This document shows, piece after piece, positions 28,464 to 38,680 of a stretch of DNA of 64,000 bases (the first letter of the stretch is position 1; each line of letters opens with the position of its first letter). The stretch lies in contig CAZTFU010000009.1 of NCBI GenBank assembly GCA_964612925.1, positions 4,806-68,805 of the forward strand. Reading direction: 5' to 3'. The DNA is from an uncultured Clostridium sp. GTDB lineage: Bacteria; Bacillota; Clostridia; Christensenellales; CAG-138. A program made the translations under genes and the position numbers. The notes under the pieces are model-generated. The model was not told the DNA's origin and did not search any database. It saw only the letters and a program-made list of their open reading frames with translations.

Positions 28464-29791
28464 GCACGCCCATTTGTGATTTTGTAAAAAAATACATAAA
28501 CTCCTCTCCCGTTCGGTTACATATGCCCGGGCACAAGGGAAAAAGCTGTTTGGGCTTTGAACCGTTTGACATAACCGAGATAGACGGTGCGGACGATCTT
28601 ATGTTGCCAAGCGGCATAATAGCCGAAAGTGAGGCCGAGGCAAGTCGTATTTTCGGTTCGCACACGTTTTATTCAGCAGGCGGTTCAACGCTGTGCATAC
28701 AGGTAATGCTGTACCTTATTGCTCAGCATGCAGCACAATGCGGCAAGAAGCCCTCAATTTTAGCGGGCAGAAATGCGCACAAGGCATTTGTAAACGCATG
28801 TGCCCTGCTTGATATTGATATAGAGTGGATTTATCCTGAGGAATGTGACAGCTATATAAGCTGTACCATTCCCGCCGAAGCAGTGTCTGAAAGGCTTGCA
28901 AACCGCCCCGATATTGCGGCGGTATACATAACAAGCCCCGATTATTTGGGCAACATACAGGATATTGCCGCAATAGCAGCTGTTTGTCATAGGCATAAAG
29001 TATTGCTTGCGGTGGATAACGCACACGGTGCATATCTTAAGTTTTTGCCCGAATCGCTACACCCCATCGATCTCGGAGCGGACATCTGTTGTGATTCGGC
29101 GCACAAAACGCTCAATGTAATAACGGGCGGCGCATATCTTCACGTTTCCCACCTTGCGCCAAAGCCGATATGCGATAATGCAAAGCCCGCCTTTTCGGTG
29201 TTCGGTTCAAGCAGTCCTTCTTATTTGATTCTGCAATCCCTTGATGCGGCAAATGCTTCCTTTGACGATTTTCGCGTTAGGCTTTGCGCTATGCTCACTA
29301 AGTTAAAAGAGCTTAAATCCGCCTTAACGGAGCATGGTTTTTCCCTTTCGGGTGATGAGCCGATGAAGATGTGCATCAATCCAAAAACATTCGGCTATAC
29401 GGGGAACGAAATCGCCGCAATATTGAAGGCGGCGGGTATCTACATCGAATTCTGCGATTTGGATAATGTTGTACTTATGTTTTCACCTTGGAATGAACAA
29501 CATGAGCTTGATAAGCTTCTTAATACGCTTTGCTCCGTAAAAAGAAAAGATGCCATACTTACTCCCCCGCCGCGCACACCCAAGGCGGAACGCATATTGT
29601 CCCCGCGAAGTGCAATTCTTTCACCTGCCGAAAGAATTGACGTAAAGAACAGTCTTGGCCGCATATCTGCGGCGGCGGCAATCGGTTGCCCGCCCGCAAT
29701 CCCCATAGTCATTATGGGCGAACGGATAAATGAGGATGCAATAAAGTGCTTTGAATATTACGGCATAGACAGCTGTATGGTAGTAAAATAA
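28460..29791 (+). CDS. Orn/Lys/Arg decarboxylase-family PLP enzyme (YaaO-like)
   Basis: HMPGHKG, DNAHGA, DSAHKTL, SSSPSY; ATGA overlap with scfB. Confidence 0.85.
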   Translation: MSTPICDFVKKYINSSPVRLHMPGHKGKSCLGFEPFDITEIDGADDLMLPSGIIAESEAEASRIFGSHTFYSAGGSTLCIQVMLYLIAQHAAQCGKKPSILAGRNAHKAFVNACALLDIDIEWIYPEECDSYISCTIPAEAVSERLANRPDIAAVYITSPDYLGNIQDIAAIAAVCHRHKVLLAVDNAHGAYLKFLPESLHPIDLGADICCDSAHKTLNVITGGAYLHVSHLAPKPICDNAKPAFSVFGSSSPSYLILQSLDAANASFDDFRVRLCAMLTKLKELKSALTEHGFSLSGDEPMKMCINPKTFGYTGNEIAAILKAAGIYIEFCDLDNVVLMFSPWNEQHELDKLLNTLCSVKRKDAILTPPPRTPKAERILSPRSAILSPAERIDVKNSLGRISAAAAIGCPPAIPIVIMGERINEDAIKCFEYYGIDSCMVVK

Positions 29792-29860
29792 GAGCTGAAA
29801 TTTTGTAAAAAGCAACCGTAGACCCTCTTAAAGCCGTGTGTGTATTACCTCACGCGGCTT

Positions 29861-30658
29861 TTATAAATCCACGTTGACTTCGTATTTATTATCAATGAGT
29901 ATGTAGCTTGTGCAATGCTTTTTAGCAAACCTAAGCATTTGCATATTGTCTGTCAAAACCCGTTCCATCGTGCATTCTTTATCGTCCGAACGGGTTTCAA
30001 TTACGCTTGCATATTTCTTTATGTCGGCAAAGTGGTTTCGGATGTAGTTTTCACTCATTATCAGGCAATAGCACCTGATATCGGAAAGATATTCGGTAGC
30101 AAAGTCATTTCGCCAATCAATCGGAATGTAACAACCCTCGACGATCAGGTTTTGCCTGTTCTCAACGGCGGTTTTTATCATTTCGCGAACAATAGGCCAC
30201 AGGTATGCAGTCAACTCGTTATTGTCGCTTGACGGTGTAAGGTTTGTGTTCCCGCTGCGAATCAAGCCCATCTTCAAGTGATCAACGGATAAAGGCCCTC
30301 TGAAATAAGAAACACACGGTTTTGAGGTGCTATTTTGCACCATGACTTTAGAAAAATGCTCGAAGATACGCCCCGGTATCTTACTGCGCTTTTTCTTCGT
30401 CATGGCACAAAATATCTACCTCAAAACTGCTTAGCACCTAAAAAGAGCAATGTTTGTGCTAAGCACAAGGCACGAGGGCGAAGCCATACTGGAGGTATGA
30501 CGAGACCCGAGTAACGAAGTGATTGGCCAAACAGTGCCTTTTTAGGCGTATGTTTCTTATTTCAGAGGGCCTAAATACGGATATTTGTATTTTTCAAGAA
30601 GCTTCTGAGCAAGTACGGTTTTACCCGTATGCGATGCTCCCATAATCAGAATAATCAT
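29861..30658 (-). pseudogene. P-loop kinase (2-phosphoglycerate/adenylate kinase-like, ~171 aa) interrupted by a MITE
   Basis: 30658-30572 encodes MIILIMGASHTGKTVLAQKLLEKYKYPYL (Walker A) and resumes in frame at 30289 with SVDHLKMGLIRSG once the insert is removed. Confidence 0.88.
30294..30571. mobile_element. 278-bp MITE with 21-bp perfect terminal inverted repeats and TAAA target-site duplication
   Basis: ggccctctgaaataagaaaca ... tgtttcttatttcagagggcc; TAAA at 30290-30293 and 30572-30575; no transposase. Confidence 0.92.
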
Positions 30659-30757
30659 TTAACAACTCACCATAATATATGCAAACCGCCCGAACGATTT
30701 CCGCTCGAGCGGTTGTGTAAATTTTCAAAAACGGTTTTGTGACTGCCGCTTTAGTGC

Positions 30758-31891
30758 TTATTCCTTATCAAAAAGATAGTCGCGATATGCAACCTCTTTA
30801 CCGCCTTCAAAGTACACTTTGGGAACGCGGCGCGGCAATGCCGCCTGAAGTCCGTTGCGGTTAAAGTTGGTTACGGTTGCACCCTCGGGATAGGTCATGG
30901 CACCGTTTTCGTGGCCGAAAACAACCACCTCATCGCCTATTTTAACATTTGGCACATCACTTACGTCTATCATGCATTGATCCATACACATAAGCCCGAC
31001 ATACGGACACTTTACGCCGTTCACAAGGCACCAGCCCTGATAGTGCGAAAGCGCACGCGGGGCACCGTCAACATAACCAAAGGGCAAGGTTGCTATTGTG
31101 CGGTCATGATCCGCTTTATCATTAAGTCCATATCCTATGCCCTCGTTCGCGGGCAACGTGAACAGGTGAACAATTTCGCTCTTTAGCTGCATAAGGGGGC
31201 GCAGGTTCTTTAGTTGCGGATTGAATCCATAGAAGAATGAACCGGGGCGCACCATATTATAGTGCATTTCGGGGTAGCTTATCGCGCCGATACCGTCATC
31301 TATGCTTTTCAGCGGGAAATGCACGCCGCGAGCCTCACAGCCCTTTATAAACTTTTCAAACAGATTCCACTGCTTATAGTCATCATCATGTGTTTCAAGC
31401 GCAAGGTGGCTGAATATGCCCCTTATTTCAATGTTCGGCAACTTCGCTATCTGCGCCACGACATCCATGTTTTCCTCCGTGGGTGCAAAGCCAAGACGGT
31501 GTAAACCCGTATCCACCTTTATCTGCACCTGTGCCTTTTTCCCGCCCGCAGAAAGAACTTCCGCCTGGTGAAGCGAACATATCGTCTGCACTATATTGTT
31601 TTCAGGGCCGTAGTGCAACAGATTATCGGGTGAAAGGCCAAGTACAAGCAGTTCACCGTCCTTATGAAAACGGCGCAACTCAAGCGCTTCATTCAGTGAT
31701 GCAACACCGAAGAACTTCAATCCGTATTTCATCATGTATTCCATCATGATGACCGCACCGTGGCCGTAGCAGTCTGCCTTGATAATGGCCATAGGCTCAA
31801 CATCGGGCCCAAGGTGCTGCCTAAGCACGTCTATATTATACTTCAGATTATCCAAATTGATCTCCGCACGAGTAGAACGCAAATGCTCCAT
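30758..31891 (-). CDS. alr: Alanine racemase family protein
   Basis: IKADCYGHG PLP-lysine, KVDTGLHRLG, IGYG, GYVDG, CMDQ. Confidence 0.88.
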   Translation of the reverse strand: MEHLRSTRAEINLDNLKYNIDVLRQHLGPDVEPMAIIKADCYGHGAVIMMEYMMKYGLKFFGVASLNEALELRRFHKDGELLVLGLSPDNLLHYGPENNIVQTICSLHQAEVLSAGGKKAQVQIKVDTGLHRLGFAPTEENMDVVAQIAKLPNIEIRGIFSHLALETHDDDYKQWNLFEKFIKGCEARGVHFPLKSIDDGIGAISYPEMHYNMVRPGSFFYGFNPQLKNLRPLMQLKSEIVHLFTLPANEGIGYGLNDKADHDRTIATLPFGYVDGAPRALSHYQGWCLVNGVKCPYVGLMCMDQCMIDVSDVPNVKIGDEVVVFGHENGAMTYPEGATVTNFNRNGLQAALPRRVPKVYFEGGKEVAYRDYLFDKE

Positions 31892-31996
31892 AAAAACGAG
31901 TCTCCTTCCGTTTGCTTATGATTTGCTTACACTATGATACAACTATTGCGGCCGAAGTGGAAGAGTTAAATAAAACTTTTTGTCGTTAAAATGCTG

Positions 31997-32500
31997 TTAT
32001 GATGCGTCATTTCGCCTTATTATCATGTTGCAGCGGCTCCATGCTTCGCCATTGTAGGTAAACACGTTCGGCGTTGTATTCATCTCCTCAAAGCCCGCCT
32101 TGCGATAGCACTTTCTTGCTCCCGGATTCTGCACAAATACGTTCAAATGCACCGCACCCAAATTGGCGACGTTCAGCGCATACTTTACGGCAAGCCTGAG
32201 CATTTCACTGCCATAGCCCATGTTTCTTGCGGTATTATCAACTATAACGAACTTTAACAGGCCCTCATTTTGCTTCATATCAATATAAAGGCAGAAAAAG
32301 CCCACAACGTTCCCCTCGTCGGTAACGGCTACAAACGGGCAATTGTCAAGTCGTTCCTCATTAAGTAAAAAGGCATTAAAGGATTCCCTGTCAAGCGGAT
32401 ACGGCATAAGGTTTGCGCACCACAGCGCATGCGCCCTTTCGTCCGCAATCCAATGTGCTATGGAATAAAAGTCCTTGTTCATATATGGTCTTACTCGCAT
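31997..32500 (-). CDS. GNAT family N-acetyltransferase
   Basis: 'ARNMGYGSEML', 'NPGARKCYRKAGF'. Confidence 0.85.
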   Translation of the reverse strand: MRVRPYMNKDFYSIAHWIADERAHALWCANLMPYPLDRESFNAFLLNEERLDNCPFVAVTDEGNVVGFFCLYIDMKQNEGLLKFVIVDNTARNMGYGSEMLRLAVKYALNVANLGAVHLNVFVQNPGARKCYRKAGFEEMNTTPNVFTYNGEAWSRCNMIIRRNDAS

Positions 32501-32668
32501 TTTTCCTCCGTATACACGCAATCGGTATCGACCGTATTATACCATGCATTACGGTTTAATAGAAGCTCTATTCCCCTGCCCACATGCACTCAACCATTCG
32601 GTTGGTTCTTTTTACGGCAAAACGGCAGCATATGCTTATGCCGCCGTCAATGTTTCATTTGAACCGTT

Positions 32669-33637
32669 CTATTCTTCTTCCGTCTTTATCAAGGTCGCGT
32701 CTAAAACTTTCAGCTCCGTCCCGTCTATTATCTCCATTACGGTATCGCCGTATGTGTCATACCAGTCATTCGCGTTTTCCGTTGTGGCAACAAAGCTTTT
32801 ATCGCCCACGGGTTGCCAAATGAAATCCCATATGTCCTTGCCGTCATATGTGCCGATATAGCCTGACTTGTACTTTTCCTGTTCAAGGCCCGTGCCACAC
32901 ACGCCGAATGAATCCAAGCATTCGAAATGTATCCATCCCTCTTTACCTTGGGGACGAAAACTTATGCCAAAGGTTGTATTGCTGCCATCCGCTTCCTCTA
33001 TCATGTATTCCCAGCCCTGTACATACGGTACACTTATGCCATAGCCAAGCTCATCTTCATATGAAACAAACTCGGTTTGGGCAGGCTCTACAATGTCAAA
33101 GTAAGCATAATATGCCTTTGATACTTTATAATCGCTTTGGGAGTCTATCATTTTCTTAATGCGATAGCTGCCTGCACCAAGTTCGCCGTAAAGATAGCTC
33201 CAATTCACGTCCCACCTTACGGTTTCATTCGGCAGTATCAACCACGCTTCCATGGTCCAGCAGAGTTCTTCCTCAGACGGGATAGTCTCAACATCGACCC
33301 ACCCGCTGTCGCTCAGCTTATCTATGCTGTACGGAGAACCCGTAGAGTATTCTTCTTCACTTTCATCATTGGACGTGCACAATATCGTAAGGCCATTTTG
33401 CGTAATATTTTCCGTGCCGAGCGTTATATTAAGCCCGTCATCATAGGATACCACATGGCCTATACCCGCATAAGCATCCTTTTGTGCGATTTGTGATGCA
33501 TCATTTTCAGGTGTGGCAACCCATGCATCAACCTCGGGTGAGTTTTCCGCCTTCGGATCATCATTTTCAACCCTTGTGCAACCTAAAAGCGCGGCAGCAA
33601 GCATAAACATTGCCAAAGTAAGTGCATATTTTTTCAT
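32669..33637 (-). CDS. Lipoprotein with bacterial Ig-like domain
   Basis: Lipobox LLGC; 'VNWSYLYGELGAGSYRIKK' Ig-like motif. Confidence 0.7.
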   Translation of the reverse strand: MKKYALTLAMFMLAAALLGCTRVENDDPKAENSPEVDAWVATPENDASQIAQKDAYAGIGHVVSYDDGLNITLGTENITQNGLTILCTSNDESEEEYSTGSPYSIDKLSDSGWVDVETIPSEEELCWTMEAWLILPNETVRWDVNWSYLYGELGAGSYRIKKMIDSQSDYKVSKAYYAYFDIVEPAQTEFVSYEDELGYGISVPYVQGWEYMIEEADGSNTTFGISFRPQGKEGWIHFECLDSFGVCGTGLEQEKYKSGYIGTYDGKDIWDFIWQPVGDKSFVATTENANDWYDTYGDTVMEIIDGTELKVLDATLIKTEEE

Positions 33638-33796
33638 ATGAATCCTCCTGTATCGCAACTATATATATAACGCAGTCGCAATGCAAAAGGTTGCGCACGG
33701 TCAAAAAAACATCCGCACAGGTAACTCCATGCGGATGTTGAATGATCGTTTAAGCGCTTACAGCCTGAAAATCAGGCCGCGCAAGGCCGAATCAAC

Positions 33797-36172
33797 TTAT
33801 TCCTCGTCCTTCTTTTCGGCATTTGCCATAGCCGCTGCGAAAAGTCCGGCAAGTGAAGTGGTGGACTGCTCAATGGGGGGCAGATCGTAGGAATCCTCTT
33901 CACGGCGGGCACGCTCACGGCGTTCGCCGCGCTCGGGCCTTTCACCACTCTGCTGAGCGGCACGACGCTCGTTGTTGTTGCGGCGGTTTTCACGCTCCTG
34001 CTGACGCTGAGCCTCCTGCTGTGCGCGCTGTGCGGCACGCTCTGCCGCAATGCGTTCACGCTCCGCCTTCTCATTGGCGATTTCAGCGGCGATTTCGGGA
34101 TTCTCTTCGATAAGAGCATCGCGACGGCTGAGGCTGATGCGCTTGGCTTCAACATTAACGTCAAGCACCTTGCAACGAACCACATCGCCAACCTTGACTT
34201 CTTCTTCAACATTGTTCACGCGCTTTACGCCAATGTGAGAAATGTGTACAAGACCGTCAACCATGGGCTCCAACGATACGAATGCGCCAAAGGACAGTAT
34301 GCGAACAACCTTACCCTCAACTATATCACCGACGGCATAACGCTGATCGGCAGTGGCCCAAGGCTTGGGCTGAAGCTGCTTATAACCGAGAGCAACACGC
34401 TGCTTGTTGGCGTTGACTTCCTTGATGATAACTTCAACTTCCTGACCGACGCTGAGAACTTCCTTGGGAGCCTTCACGCGACCCCAAGACATATCGGTAA
34501 TGTGGATAAGACCGTCAATACCGCCACCGATGTCAACAAATGCACCGAAGTCGGTAATTCTGCGGACGGTACCCTTTATCTTGGAACCAACCTCAAGCTC
34601 GGCCCAACGCTGCTTGCGGGCAGCCTCGGCCTCGGCTTCCATAACGGCCTTATGGGAAGCAACAATGCGCTTGCGAGCCTTGTCAACCTCAATAACCTTC
34701 AGGCTTATGGGCTTGCCTATCATTTCGTCAACCTTGTCAACATACTTGGTAGAAAGCAGAGAAGCGGGAACGAAGGCACGCACACCTTCTATCGTTGCGA
34801 TAAGGCCGCCCTTTACAGCTTCCTTACCGATACCCTCGAATACCTTTTCCTTGATGTTTTCATCCTGTACAAGGGATTCCCACAGCTTTTTGCTTTCAAC
34901 ATTCTTATGGGAAAGCAGAACATTGCCTTCACCATCGTTTACCTTGATAACCTCTACCTCAATAGAGTCACCGATTTTGACTACATCGGCAGGATTCACG
35001 TCCGCATCGGCAGAAAACTCGCTGCGGGGAATGAACCCATCGGATTTGTAGCCAATGTTTACACAGACCTCGCCGTCCACTATCTGGACAACGGAACCGG
35101 TCAAAATCTGACCATTGCGAATACGCACAAGAGTCTTTTCAAAAGCAGCGGCAAAATCAGTGTCGCCTTCTGCCTTGTCCTCTGCGGGCTCGTCCGCTTT
35201 GGGTTCTTCGGTCTTTTCGGCCGCGCACTCGCAGGCCTCGTTCTTGCAGTCACACTCCGCTACAATGGGCTCTTCAACGGCAGCTGCAGCTCCCGTTTCG
35301 ACTCCATCGTTTTCTACGGGGTTTCCAGCCATCGTCTTTTCCATTTCGCTCATCCTGGTAATTACCTCCCTAATTTTCCAATCGGGTGCTGATGCGCCCG
35401 ACACAATCCCTATTATATCACTATGGGCGATTTTTTCAAGAGAAACTTCACTTTCTTTTGATATACAATGTACATATTTACAGTATTTTTTGCAAACCGC
35501 GGCAAGCTTGGCGGTATTTGAGCTTTTCTTATCCCCTATAACGAACATTTGAGAGCAAAGTTTACTCAATTCCGCCGCCTCCTGCTGACGCGCGGCGGTC
35601 GTTGGGCACACGGTACGTTCTATCAATGCTTCACGAAAATGCTCCTTCGCGGCTGTGGCAACGCCGTCGAATCCGTCTGCCTCGGCCGTGGTTTGCGAAA
35701 CAAGGCAAACGCTCATGTTCCTGTCAAGCGCAAGGACATCCTCTTTTGTGTGTACAAAAATCGCGCTGTCGTTACAGCAGCCGTTTATGCCGATACACTC
35801 CGGGTGATCTTCCTTGCCGTACAAAAGTATGCTGCGGCCAAGCGCGTACTGAGTGCTTACTATAGAATGTATCTTTTCGACAAACGGGCATGTTGCATTA
35901 ACGGTTTCGATGTTTCGCCCGCGACACGTTTCCATCACCCTTGGCGGCACGCCGTGCGAACGGATAAGCATGGTTTCGCCATCAGGCACGTCATTGGGGG
36001 AATCTACCGTTATCGCGCCCATATCCTCAAGCCGCTTTATAACCGCGCCATTGTGTATCAGCTCGCCTAAGATATACAGTTTACCGCGCTTGGTGAGTAT
36101 TTCCTCCGCCATTGTTATGGCCCGCCTTACGCCAAAGCAAAAGCCTATATTTTCGGCTATTATCAGTTGCAA
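33797..36172 (-). CDS. ispH: Bifunctional IspH (HMBPP reductase) / ribosomal protein S1
   Basis: GFCFGV, IHN, RSHG, ATCP, HPE, SSNT; four S1 repeats; Arg/Glu-rich tail. Confidence 0.92.
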   Translation of the reverse strand: MQLIIAENIGFCFGVRRAITMAEEILTKRGKLYILGELIHNGAVIKRLEDMGAITVDSPNDVPDGETMLIRSHGVPPRVMETCRGRNIETVNATCPFVEKIHSIVSTQYALGRSILLYGKEDHPECIGINGCCNDSAIFVHTKEDVLALDRNMSVCLVSQTTAEADGFDGVATAAKEHFREALIERTVCPTTAARQQEAAELSKLCSQMFVIGDKKSSNTAKLAAVCKKYCKYVHCISKESEVSLEKIAHSDIIGIVSGASAPDWKIREVITRMSEMEKTMAGNPVENDGVETGAAAAVEEPIVAECDCKNEACECAAEKTEEPKADEPAEDKAEGDTDFAAAFEKTLVRIRNGQILTGSVVQIVDGEVCVNIGYKSDGFIPRSEFSADADVNPADVVKIGDSIEVEVIKVNDGEGNVLLSHKNVESKKLWESLVQDENIKEKVFEGIGKEAVKGGLIATIEGVRAFVPASLLSTKYVDKVDEMIGKPISLKVIEVDKARKRIVASHKAVMEAEAEAARKQRWAELEVGSKIKGTVRRITDFGAFVDIGGGIDGLIHITDMSWGRVKAPKEVLSVGQEVEVIIKEVNANKQRVALGYKQLQPKPWATADQRYAVGDIVEGKVVRILSFGAFVSLEPMVDGLVHISHIGVKRVNNVEEEVKVGDVVRCKVLDVNVEAKRISLSRRDALIEENPEIAAEIANEKAERERIAAERAAQRAQQEAQRQQERENRRNNNERRAAQQSGERPERGERRERARREEDSYDLPPIEQSTTSLAGLFAAAMANAEKKDEE

Positions 36173-36765
36173 TATATTTCCTCCAGCTCATTGCCGAGCG
36201 CGGCAACCGCATCGGCAAGCTCATCCGTTACCACATCTATAAGTGTGCTTTTTTGTGCATTCGCCGCTATTTCGCTTACATCTATGGCTTTGCCGACCAT
36301 TATCACGGGTCTGAGCCTTCTTTGCGATTCGGGATGAATATATATAGGTATAACGGGAGCGCCCGAGCGAATTGCAAAAAACGCCGTACCTTTTTCAAAC
36401 TCGTCAAGTGAATCGCTTACAGACCGTTTGCCCTCGGGGAAAAGGCCGAATACCTTACCCGAATTCAGCACTTTCAGTGCATTTTTAAGCGAAACAAGAT
36501 CCACATTTCTTCTGTTCACGGGGAACGCGCCGAGCGAACGGAAAAATATGTTGCCAAGCTTTGATTGGAATATTTCCTTTTTGGCCATAAAATGCACCAT
36601 TCGCGGCGAGATAAGCGCAATTATCACAGGATCCCACATGGAGCGGTGGTTACATATGAATATAGCCTTCCCCTTTACCCTAAGGTTTTGCTTGCCGTAA
36701 ACAATCGGCCTTAATATCAACAAAAAAAGCGGCCCGAGAAGAATCTTAAACAATATGTAAAGCAT
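36163..36765 (-). CDS. plsC: 1-acyl-sn-glycerol-3-phosphate acyltransferase
   Basis: NHRSMWD (HX4D), FPEGKRS. Confidence 0.88.
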   Translation of the reverse strand: MLYILFKILLGPLFLLILRPIVYGKQNLRVKGKAIFICNHRSMWDPVIIALISPRMVHFMAKKEIFQSKLGNIFFRSLGAFPVNRRNVDLVSLKNALKVLNSGKVFGLFPEGKRSVSDSLDEFEKGTAFFAIRSGAPVIPIYIHPESQRRLRPVIMVGKAIDVSEIAANAQKSTLIDVVTDELADAVAALGNELEEIYCN

Positions 36766-37463
36766 CAGCCTTCCCCTCCTGCGTTAATACCGTATACATC
36801 TTCTACTCTTTTTACCACCGCCTGCACGGCCTGCTGTATGGTCATGCTTGTCGTGTCGATAATCATGGCATCCTCAACAAGCTTTAGCGGAGCAAAGTCA
36901 CGGTGACTGTCCGTATAATCGCGCGCTTCAATTTCTTTTTTCAGTTCATCAAGCGTTTTGCCTTCATCCTTGCCCGCCGCTTTCAATTCAAGCAGTCTGC
37001 GCCGTGCGCGTTCCTCGCTTGATGCGGTCACAAAAAACTTACACGGTGAATCGGGCAGCACGAATGAGCCTATTTCGCGCCCTTCCATAACGATATCCGT
37101 GCTTTCGGCTATCAGCCGCTGCTCTCGGGCAAGCTTTATTCGCACCTGCGGTATCACCGCTATGTCAGACGCTCCCTTTGATACCTGCTGTGTTCTGATA
37201 AGAGAAGAAACGTCCTCACCGTCAAGCAAGGTTCTTTGTGTGCCGTTATCGTTTTCAACGCTTATGCTCGTGCCGTCAAGTATCGGAATAACGCTTGCGG
37301 CATCACCCGGTTCAATGCCGAGCCTTATCGCCTTCAGTGCCATTGCGCGGTACATTGCGCCCGTGTCAAGATACAGTATTTTAAGTTCCTTCGCCACGCT
37401 CTTGGCCACGGTGCTTTTGCCCGCACCCGCAGGTCCGTCTATTGCAACATTTATGTGTTTCAT
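36765..37463 (-). CDS. cmk: Cytidylate kinase
   Basis: IDGPAGAGKST, LDTGAMYR, MEGREIG. Confidence 0.95.
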   Translation of the reverse strand: MKHINVAIDGPAGAGKSTVAKSVAKELKILYLDTGAMYRAMALKAIRLGIEPGDAASVIPILDGTSISVENDNGTQRTLLDGEDVSSLIRTQQVSKGASDIAVIPQVRIKLAREQRLIAESTDIVMEGREIGSFVLPDSPCKFFVTASSEERARRRLLELKAAGKDEGKTLDELKKEIEARDYTDSHRDFAPLKLVEDAMIIDTTSMTIQQAVQAVVKRVEDVYGINAGGEG

Positions 37464-38680
37464 ACAATGCTCCTTCCCGCAAGAACGCCCGTTGAACAGG
37501 CAATTTGAATGTTGAATCCGCCCGTGTATGCGTCAACGTCTATCAGTTCGCCCGCAAAATACAGCCCGCTTACAAGCTTAGATTCCATGGTTGACGGGTC
37601 TATTTCCTTAACGTTTACGCCCCCGCGGGTTATTATCGCCTGATCTATGGGCATTGCCGCCTTTACCGTAATCGGCAGTTTCTTGATAAGTGATGCAAAC
37701 TCGTGTCTTTGTTCCCGCGTTATCGAATTCGTCTCCGTATTGGGATCAATATTGGAAAGTTGCACCATTATCGGTATCAGCCTATGCGGGAAAAGCCCGT
37801 CGAGCGCATTTTGAAAGCTTTTACGGCTGTTCTGTTGAAAATCGCGCACAAGGCGCCTATCGAGTTCCTCCATATCAAGTCCGGGTTTCAAATCTATTGT
37901 AAGCCTTGCACCGCTTGGGTCATCTGCAATTCGACTTGACGCGCTGAGCACAAGCGGCCCCGAAACTCCAAAGTGAGTGAACAGCATTTCGCCAAGTTCG
38001 CTGTACACTTCCTTGTCTTTTTTGTTATAAGCCGTAAGCGTAACGTTTTTCAGCGAAAGGCCCATCAGCTCTTTCGGCCAATCCTCTTGAGTTTCAAGTG
38101 AAATAAGGCTCGGCACAATTGGCGTTACCGTGTGACCCAACGTTCTTGCAAATACATACCCGTCACCCGTTGAGCCGGTCGATGGGTAGCTTGCGCCGCC
38201 CGTTGCAACAACCACTGTATCAAAGCTTTCCTTTTTGCCGTTAACCTCGACCAAAAAGCATTCGTTCGCCTTGTTGACAGATTCAACATGCGTATTCAGC
38301 CTTATTTTGGTGCCGCTTCGCTTAACATAATTGGCCATTGCACGAAGAATATCGCTTGATTTATCGGATTGAGGAAATATGCGCCCGCCGCGCTCAACCT
38401 TAGTGGGCACGCCCTGTGCATTGATAAGCTCAACAAGGTCATCATTTGTAAAGCCGTACAACGCACTGTACAAAAAACGATGGTTGCGCGGTATATTTTC
38501 AAAAAAATCCTTGATTTCAGCCGAATTCGTAAGGTTGCAACGTCCCTTCCCCGTAATAAAAAGCTTTTTGCCAAGCTTTTCGTTCCTCTCAAACAGCGTT
38601 ACATCATGCCCTTCATTTGCGGCCGTTGCCGCACATAGCATACCTGCAGGGCCCCCGCCTATAACCGCCACACGACTCAT
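37460..38680 (-). CDS. HI0933/YhiN family flavoprotein
   Basis: GGGPAG, ITGKGRCNLTN, ATGGASYPSTGSTGDG, TGGFNIQ. Confidence 0.9.
   Translation of the reverse strand: MSRVAVIGGGPAGMLCAATAANEGHDVTLFERNEKLGKKLFITGKGRCNLTNSAEIKDFFENIPRNHRFLYSALYGFTNDDLVELINAQGVPTKVERGGRIFPQSDKSSDILRAMANYVKRSGTKIRLNTHVESVNKANECFLVEVNGKKESFDTVVVATGGASYPSTGSTGDGYVFARTLGHTVTPIVPSLISLETQEDWPKELMGLSLKNVTLTAYNKKDKEVYSELGEMLFTHFGVSGPLVLSASSRIADDPSGARLTIDLKPGLDMEELDRRLVRDFQQNSRKSFQNALDGLFPHRLIPIMVQLSNIDPNTETNSITREQRHEFASLIKKLPITVKAAMPIDQAIITRGGVNVKEIDPSTMESKLVSGLYFAGELIDVDAYTGGFNIQIACSTGVLAGRSIV

Noticed and set aside
29861-30403. ORF-track 180-aa protein starting MTKKKRSK
   Set aside because: Its N-terminus lies inside the MITE; the true gene starts at 30658 and is interrupted.
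22936-30658. Genomic island integrated at tRNA-Leu
   Set aside because: No integrase, I saw no duplicated tRNA 3' end, and the downstream genes are typical core genes.
34235-35392. Long antisense ORFs (also 10043-11044, 20993-22027, 46431-47339, 47496-48494)
   Set aside because: Shadow frames opposite well-supported genes with biased codon usage; no RBS or recognisable motifs.
33797-36172. IspH-S1 fusion as a novelty
   Set aside because: Well-known fusion in Clostridia.
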